The position numbers were made by a program, and so were the translations under genes. From assembly GCA_964244895.1 (NCBI GenBank), contig CAXTKV010000160.1, positions 1 to 12,651 of the forward strand: a stretch of DNA of 12,651 nucleotides. The letters run 5' to 3'. Source of the DNA: an uncultured Deinococcales bacterium (GTDB lineage: Bacteria; Deinococcota; Deinococci; Deinococcales; JAAFIG01). Positions 7,654 through 12,651 of the stretch are shown piece by piece (within the stretch, counting starts at the first letter, position 1; each line of letters opens with the position of its first letter). The notes beneath the pieces are model-generated. The model was not told where the DNA came from. It ran no database searches and saw nothing but the letters and a program-made list of their open reading frames with translations.

Positions 7654-8512
7654 ATTTCCCGAGTGCGGCGTTCAATTGGTCGCGGAAGCCTCGTGCGGCG
7701 TCTTTTGCCTTGAGCGCGTAATCGGTTCCCTGGGACGCGTAGTGAATCGCGCGGCTCGAGGAGGCGATCGCGCCCAGGCCGTCCGCGTCGAAGGCTGGTG
7801 CGAGATCGCTGGCTTTCGCGCCCTGTGCGCCCAGGCCGGGCAGCAGGAGCAGCACGTTGGGCATCAGCGCCCTGAAATGCGCGAGTTCTGCGGTGTGGGT
7901 CGCACCGACGACCGCACCAACCGCGCTGTACGAACCATCCTGGGCGGCTTCAAGCGCGAGCCGCGCCGCCACGATCTCGGAGATGCTTCCGGCAGCCGTC
8001 TGGAGGTCTTGCAGGTCAGCAGAACCGGGGTTTGAAGTCTTGACCAGCGCGAAAATCGCGCCTTCGTTGGCGCGGGCGGCGTCCAGGAAGGGCGCGAGGG
8101 TCTCGAAGCCCAGAAACGGGTTGACGGTCAGGGCGCTCCCGGCGTGAGCGCCCGTCAGCCAGGCGCGGGCGTAGGCGGTCGCGGTTTCGGGGAAATCGCC
8201 GCGTTTGGCGTCCAGAAGCACCGGAATCCCGAGCAACCTGGCGTTGGCGCAGACCCGCCCCAGCACCTCGAGTCCCGGAATCCCGAGGGCTTCATAGTAG
8301 GCCAGGTTCGGTTTGACGGCGGCGATCAGCGGCGCGCAGGCTTCCAGGATCTTCAGGCAGTGCGTTTCGACGGCGGCAGCGATGGCCTGTGGGTCATACG
8401 CGTGGGCTTTCGGGTCGGTCATCGGGTGCATCTGGGCGCGCGGGTCGAGCCCGAGGCACAGCCGCGTGTTCAGTTGCAGCGAGCGCTCGTGGAGGCGTTC
8501 GGCGAAGCTCAT
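7652..8512 (-). CDS. pyrF: Orotidine-5'-phosphate decarboxylase (subfamily 2)
   Basis: LCLGLDP, AVKPN, DAKRGD..T, TVNPFLG, KTSNPGS, GAVVGAT, LPGLGAQG, SSSRAI. Start ATG 8512 (MSFAERL) with TATAAC 7 nt upstream. Confidence 0.96.
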   Translation of the reverse strand: MSFAERLHERSLQLNTRLCLGLDPRAQMHPMTDPKAHAYDPQAIAAAVETHCLKILEACAPLIAAVKPNLAYYEALGIPGLEVLGRVCANARLLGIPVLLDAKRGDFPETATAYARAWLTGAHAGSALTVNPFLGFETLAPFLDAARANEGAIFALVKTSNPGSADLQDLQTAAGSISEIVAARLALEAAQDGSYSAVGAVVGATHTAELAHFRALMPNVLLLLPGLGAQGAKASDLAPAFDADGLGAIASSSRAIHYASQGTDYALKAKDAARGFRDQLNAALGK

Positions 8513-8556
8513 GGCTCGCGTTATACCGCGAGATGCACCCAACAGTTGCGGGCCAT

Positions 8557-8589
8557 CTCGAGAAGACCGTATGAGACGGTGTTCCCGAG
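8557..8589. repeat. REP-like short hairpin between divergent genes
   Basis: CTCGAGAAGACCGT-ATGAG-ACGGTGTTCCCGAG. Confidence 0.65.
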
Positions 8590-8651
8590 CCCGGTCGGGT
8601 CTTCACGCGGCTCTCACGGCTTCCCGGATTGCGCGCCGTAGGCTGAACGCG

Positions 8652-9062
8652 ATGGCTCGAGGATTGATCCCGATTCTGTTTCTGGTTCTGGTGGCGTGCG
8701 CCCCAGCCACCACCTACCGCGATCCGAGCGTCAGCGTCGCGCCGGGCGTGCTGGTGCTGCGCGAACCGTCCGGGCGCGTGCTGCTGAACGCCGCGTTGGG
8801 CGTTCCGGCCTTTCCGGGCAGCCGCGTGATCGCTCAGAAATACACGAACCGCGCGTCCAGCACGGAATTCGAGGCGCAGGGCGAACTCCAGGCCGTCTAC
8901 AGCTTCTTTCACGAATCCTTGCTCGACAAGAACTGGACGCGCGCGACCTTCACGCTTCGCGGCGAAACGCGCATTGAGGCCCGCTACGTCGGCCCCGGCG
9001 CGGATCTGAGCTTGACGTTGGAGCGCGTCACCAAAACGCGCTTCCGGCTCTCGCTCGAATGA
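8652..9062 (+). CDS. Hypothetical lipoprotein (136 aa)
   Basis: MARGLIPILFLVLVAC lipobox. TAGGCT lies 7 nt before ATG 8652. The longer track ORF overlaps pyrF. Confidence 0.85.
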   Translation: MARGLIPILFLVLVACAPATTYRDPSVSVAPGVLVLREPSGRVLLNAALGVPAFPGSRVIAQKYTNRASSTEFEAQGELQAVYSFFHESLLDKNWTRATFTLRGETRIEARYVGPGADLSLTLERVTKTRFRLSLE

Positions 9063-9145
9063 CGAGAAACGCCCGCATCTCGAGCATCGGACGATAAGAA
9101 CGCCGTTCTTGCTCATACGACAGCACCTCACGGGCTACTCGCGCT

Positions 9146-9183
9146 ACAGCACGCACATTTTAATTCGCGCGCTGGACGGTGTC
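9146..9183. repeat. REP-like inverted pair (long form)
   Basis: CAGCACGC ... GCGCGCTGGACGGTGTC. Confidence 0.65.
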
Positions 9184-9186
9184 GCC

Positions 9187-9225
9187 AAAAAAGGCTCGAG
9201 CATCACGACTGCGATGCTCGAGCCT
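9187..9225 (-). terminator. Intrinsic terminator of glnK
   Basis: 13-bp stem AGGCTCGAGCATC/GATGCTCGAGCCT with a minus-strand T-run. Confidence 0.85.
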
Positions 9226-9243
9226 GATTTCTCCTCTGGGCCC

Positions 9244-9594
9244 TTACGTCACCGGCGTCAACGCTTCGTTGTCGCCCTCGCCGGTGCGAATCCGCACCAC
9301 GCGCTCGAGCGGCTGAACGAAAATCTTGCCGTCGCCGACGTTGCCGGTGCGGGCGGAATCGACGATGGCCTTGAGCGTGCGATCCACGAACGGATCGGAA
9401 ACCGCGATCTCGAGGCGCACTTTTTCGTGGAACTCGAACACCAACGGGCGACCGCGGTAGGTCTCGAGGTGCTCTTTCTCGCCGCCGTGACCGCTGACGC
9501 GCGACAGGGTCAGTCCGGTCACTTCAGCGGCAAAAAGCGCGCTCTTGACGTCGTCGAGCTTCTCCGGGCGAATGATGGCGGTGATCAATTTCAT
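9244..9594 (-). CDS. glnK: P-II nitrogen regulatory protein (GlnK/GlnB family)
   Basis: 116 aa: MKLITAIIRPEKL, ETYRG, KVRLEIAV, ARTGNVGDGKIFV, RIRTGE. AGGAGG SD. Adjacent to amtB. Confidence 0.96.
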   Translation of the reverse strand: MKLITAIIRPEKLDDVKSALFAAEVTGLTLSRVSGHGGEKEHLETYRGRPLVFEFHEKVRLEIAVSDPFVDRTLKAIVDSARTGNVGDGKIFVQPLERVVRIRTGEGDNEALTPVT

Positions 9595-9660
9595 GGCTTT
9601 CCTCCTGACGCCCTCGAGTCTTCAAGGTGCGTTTTCCCCCCGAGTCAACACGAGCCGAGG

Positions 9661-9707
9661 GCTTCCCGTCAAGCAAGTGCGTGAGCTTCCGTCGAGCAAG
9701 TGCGTGA
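9661..9707. repeat. Tandem direct repeat (24/23 bp) in the glnK leader
   Basis: GCTTCCCGTCAAGCAAGTGCGTGA followed directly by GCTTCCGTCGAGCAAGTGCGTGA. Confidence 0.9.
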
Positions 9708-9882
9708 AGTACAAAACGATCTCGCCGCGCTGGACACCACGCAAGCATTGTGTCCAAAGCGAGTATTGCACAACCGCACCAAAAAGTGAGACATCAGGCG
9801 AGAATTTTGCGAAATATCCTGAATTTTCCCGAGTCAGAACGGCAGATGTCTTTCAAAATTGCTTCAGAAGTCCAATCTTGCG

Positions 9883-9911
9883 TTGACAGTCCGCGATTGA
9901 ATTCATATACT
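9883..9911 (+). promoter_or_regulatory. Sigma70-type promoter of amtB
   Basis: TTGACA (9883-9888), 17 nt, TATACT (9906-9911). Confidence 0.85.
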
Positions 9912-9992
9912 CCGTCCCAAGAGGTTGACGCGCGGACTGCCCGCGACGCCCAACGCCTCGGGCGATTCAAAGCGCCACGATGGAGGGATCAG

Positions 9993-11411
9993 ATGATCAC
10001 AGGACACTCGAGGAAACGACTGATCGCCGCTGGGCTCGCCATGTCGGTACTGGCCACCACGTCGGCCTTCGCCGCCGACGCCAAATGGGCTCCGGACACG
10101 GGCGACACCGCCTGGATGCTCGCATCCTCCGCTCTGGTGATGCTGATGACGCCCGGCCTGGCGTTCTTCTACGGCGGCCTGGTGCGCGCCAAGAACATGC
10201 TCAACACGATCATGATGTCGTTCGTGGCGCTGGCCCTGATCAGCGTCATCTGGGCCATCGTCGGGTACAGCCTGGCGTTCAGCACCGACAAGGACCCGAA
10301 CATCATCTCGGGCTTTCTGGGCGGCTTCAAGTACGCCTTCTTGAACGGCGTCGGTCAGGACAGCGCCTACCCGACCGCAGGCACGATCCCGCACCAGGTT
10401 TTCATGATCTACCAGTGCATGTTCGCGATCATCACGCCCGCGCTGATTTCCGGCGCGATCGTGGAACGCATCAAGTTCACGACCTACGTGGTCTTTATCG
10501 GGCTATGGTCATTGCTGATCTACGCGCCGCTGGCGCACGCCGTCTGGTCGCCGGACGGCTTCTTGTTCAAGATGGGCGCACTGGATTTCGCGGGCGGCAC
10601 GGTGGTTCACATCTCCGCAGGCGTTTCGGCGCTGGTCGCTTCGATCATGATCGGGCAACGGCGCGGCTTCGGTAAGGTCGCGTTTGCGCCGCACAACGTG
10701 CCCTTCGTGATCCTGGGCGCGAGCCTGCTGTGGTTCGGCTGGTTCGGCTTCAACGGCGGTTCAGCGGTCTCTTCCGGCGGTCTGGCCGGCTCGGCCTTCG
10801 TGGCCACGCACATGGCCACCGCCGCCGCCGCGCTGGTCTGGAGCCTGATCGAAATTTTCCGCACCGGCAAGGCCACCGCCGTCGGCGCGGCCACGGGCGC
10901 GGTCGTCGGCTTGGTCGCGATCACGCCCGCTTCGGGTTATGTCAGCCCGATGTCGAGCCTGGCGATTGGCGCCATCGCGGCGATCATTTCGTACAGCGCG
11001 ATTCAGATCAAGAACCGTCTGACGATGGACGATTCGCTGGATGTCTTCAGTTGCCACGGCATCGGCGGCATGACGGGCGCGATCCTGACCGGCGTGTTCG
11101 CGCAGAAGAGTGTCAATCCCAAGATTGCAGCGGGCGGCCTGATCGACGGCAACCCCGGCCAGATCGTGACCCAGATCATCGGCGTGCTGTTCACGGTCGT
11201 GCTGGCCGGTGCGGGCACGGCGGTTCTGTTGACGATCCTCAAGCCCGTGATGGGTCTGCGCCCCACCAGCCAGGACGAGGAATTGGGATTGGATCTGGCG
11301 GATCACGCCGAAAGCGCCTACCACGGTGGCGAGTACGGCTCGAGCGCCGGTGCCGGTTCCATCGGCACGAGCGTCACGCTGCCCGGCGTGCGCCTCAACG
11401 CTGGCGACTGA
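9993..11411 (+). CDS. amtB: Ammonium transporter
   Basis: DTAWML.SSALVMLMTPGLAFFYGG, FAIITPALISGA, DFAGGTVVH, WFGWFGFNGGS, DDSLDVFSCHG (twin His). Start ATG 9993 after GGAGG and downstream of the promoter. Signal-peptide-like N-terminus. Confidence 0.97.
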   Translation: MITGHSRKRLIAAGLAMSVLATTSAFAADAKWAPDTGDTAWMLASSALVMLMTPGLAFFYGGLVRAKNMLNTIMMSFVALALISVIWAIVGYSLAFSTDKDPNIISGFLGGFKYAFLNGVGQDSAYPTAGTIPHQVFMIYQCMFAIITPALISGAIVERIKFTTYVVFIGLWSLLIYAPLAHAVWSPDGFLFKMGALDFAGGTVVHISAGVSALVASIMIGQRRGFGKVAFAPHNVPFVILGASLLWFGWFGFNGGSAVSSGGLAGSAFVATHMATAAAALVWSLIEIFRTGKATAVGAATGAVVGLVAITPASGYVSPMSSLAIGAIAAIISYSAIQIKNRLTMDDSLDVFSCHGIGGMTGAILTGVFAQKSVNPKIAAGGLIDGNPGQIVTQIIGVLFTVVLAGAGTAVLLTILKPVMGLRPTSQDEELGLDLADHAESAYHGGEYGSSAGAGSIGTSVTLPGVRLNAGD

Positions 11412-11430
11412 CCGAAGAATCGTTGGTGAC

Positions 11431-11462
11431 ACGCGAGGGCCAGAATCGGCCCTCGCGTTTTC
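11431..11462 (+). terminator. Intrinsic terminator of amtB
   Basis: ACGCGAGGGCC-AGAATC-GGCCCTCGCGT followed by a short T-run. Confidence 0.8.
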
Positions 11463-11668
11463 GTGTGCAATGCAGCAGAATCTCATTCTGCGCCACGAGC
11501 CGCCGCTCCCAACTGGATTGGACGGGCAGATCGACACCCCTCGATGACGCGAACGCTCGGCCCACCGCTCGGCTCTTCGTCCCCTGAGTTGCGCGTTACT
11601 GGCTCGTTACTGTCCGTCTCGAATACTCCGCCAGTACGCGATACGCGAACCAAGAAGGAGTCGAAACT

Positions 11669-12651
11669 ATGAATAAACGCGCCCCATTCCTCTCGCTGCT
11701 CGGTCTCATTTTTGTCCTGACGGCCTGCCCTCCCACGCCCACCATCGACGCGACCAAACCCAGCGTGACGCTGGCCGCCTCGAGCACCAACGTCATCGCG
11801 GCGGGCATCGTGACCCTGACCGCCACCGCCAGCGACAACGTCGGCGTCACCAAAGTCGAATTCTTCGACGGCTCGAGCAAACTGGGCGAGGACACCACCG
11901 CCGGGAACGGTTTCACCCAGACGGTCGCGCTCAGCTCAAGCAACAACGGGTCGAAGTCCTACACCGCCAAAGCCTCCGACGCGGCGGGCAACACCCAGAC
12001 CAGCGCCGCCGTGACCGTGACCATCGCCATTCCCGTGGACACCACCGGCCCGACCCTGCTCAGCTCGACCGCCATTTCCAACACCAGCGTCAGATTGGTT
12101 TTCAGCGAGCCCATCGTGGGTGGCAATAATCCCGCCAACTTCACGATCTTCGATTCGTTGAGCGTGGTCGGCGCGAGCGTTTCGGACGATGCCAAAACCG
12201 TCACGTTGACGACAGCCTCGCAAACCGTGAACCAGTCGTACGCGGTTCTGGTCAAGGCGGGCGTCACCGACCTGGCCGGGAATCCGTTCGATTTGACCGG
12301 AACCCAGGCCTTCGCCACCAGCTTCACCGGGATCGGGGTCAACTCGGGCAAGTTGACCATCACGATTGCCGGTTTGCCTGCTGGAGTGGCGAGCAACGTG
12401 GCGGTGAGTGGCCCGAACGGGTTCAGTCAGACCGTGACCCAAGCCTCGAGCGTGCTGAGCGACCTGAAATCGGGGGTGTACAGCTTTACGGTGAACGCGG
12501 TCAAGCCCGACAGCGCCACTTTTTCAAACAATGGCAGCCCGGCCAGCCTGAGCTTCGATGCGAACGTGGGCGGGAGCGCGACCTTGACGTATGGGTGCTC
12601 GAGCGTGAAGCCGCCGGATGCGGCCCTGGATGGCGTGTTGCAGGTGGTGAC
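11669..12651 (+). CDS. Surface lipoprotein with tandem bacterial Ig-like domains, runs off the window
   Basis: Manual translation: MNKRAPFLSLLGLIFVLTAC lipobox; DATKPSV...TATASDNVGVTKVEFFDG...YTAKASDAAGN (Big-type); DTTGPTL...LVFSEPI...VTDLAGN (second Ig-like). AAGGAG SD. No stop before the edge. Confidence 0.92.
   Translation, partial: MNKRAPFLSLLGLIFVLTACPPTPTIDATKPSVTLAASSTNVIAAGIVTLTATASDNVGVTKVEFFDGSSKLGEDTTAGNGFTQTVALSSSNNGSKSYTAKASDAAGNTQTSAAVTVTIAIPVDTTGPTLLSSTAISNTSVRLVFSEPIVGGNNPANFTIFDSLSVVGASVSDDAKTVTLTTASQTVNQSYAVLVKAGVTDLAGNPFDLTGTQAFATSFTGIGVNSGKLTITIAGLPAGVASNVAVSGPNGFSQTVTQASSVLSDLKSGVYSFTVNAVKPDSATFSNNGSPASLSFDANVGGSATLTYGCSSVKPPDAALDGVLQVV

Noticed and set aside
8313..8651. 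N-terminal extension of the 8652 lipoprotein (similarly the track starts 5393 and 8542)
   Set aside because: It overlaps pyrF; the lipobox and -10 geometry support the shorter starts.
959..9183. CRISPR or integron attC interpretation of the repeats
   Set aside because: Copies are dispersed, degenerate and separated by housekeeping genes on both strands; there are no regular spacers, cas genes, integrase or GTTRRRY ends.
9750..9992. 81-aa N-terminal extension of AmtB in the ORF track
   Set aside because: It spans the amtB promoter; the SD and signal-peptide-like sequence support ATG 9993.
11523..11565. c-di-GMP-I riboswitch resemblance (GGCAGA-stem-GACGCGAA)
   Set aside because: It lacks the GNRA tetraloop and receptor and deviates at conserved GCAAA positions; too weak without a covariance-model hit.
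9980..12442. Long alternative-frame and antisense ORFs over amtB and the Ig-like gene
   Set aside because: Shadows of well-supported genes, mostly Arg/Gly-rich off-frame translations.

Overview
GC-rich (roughly 60-65%) core-chromosome segment, most likely from a Deinococcota (Deinococcus/Thermus-related) bacterium, judged from a Thermus-type GlnK, a CarD and many apparently leaderless genes. Gene order: partial Tet-like MFS (-), PadR (-), small membrane protein (+), fabI (+), 69-aa ORF and lipoprotein (+), carD (-), 2-TM protein (+), DUF177/YceD (+), hexapeptide acyltransferase (+), low-GC ~70-aa orphan (-), pyrF (-), lipoprotein (+), glnK (-) divergent from amtB (+), and a partial Ig-like lipoprotein (+). 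The main interest is non-coding: (1) CTCGAG is highly iterated (~54 copies by manual count, ~4 expected) and built into terminators and SD sites; (2) a REP/REPIN-like inverted-pair repeat (core GGACGGTGTTCT) lies in most intergenic regions; (3) carD has a candidate leader-peptide/terminator attenuator; (4) the glnK leader resembles a glutamine-riboswitch variant with an internal tandem duplication; (5) a perfect 24-bp operator overlaps the padR promoter. No CRISPR array, tRNA/rRNA or transposase was seen. All counts and pairings were done by eye.
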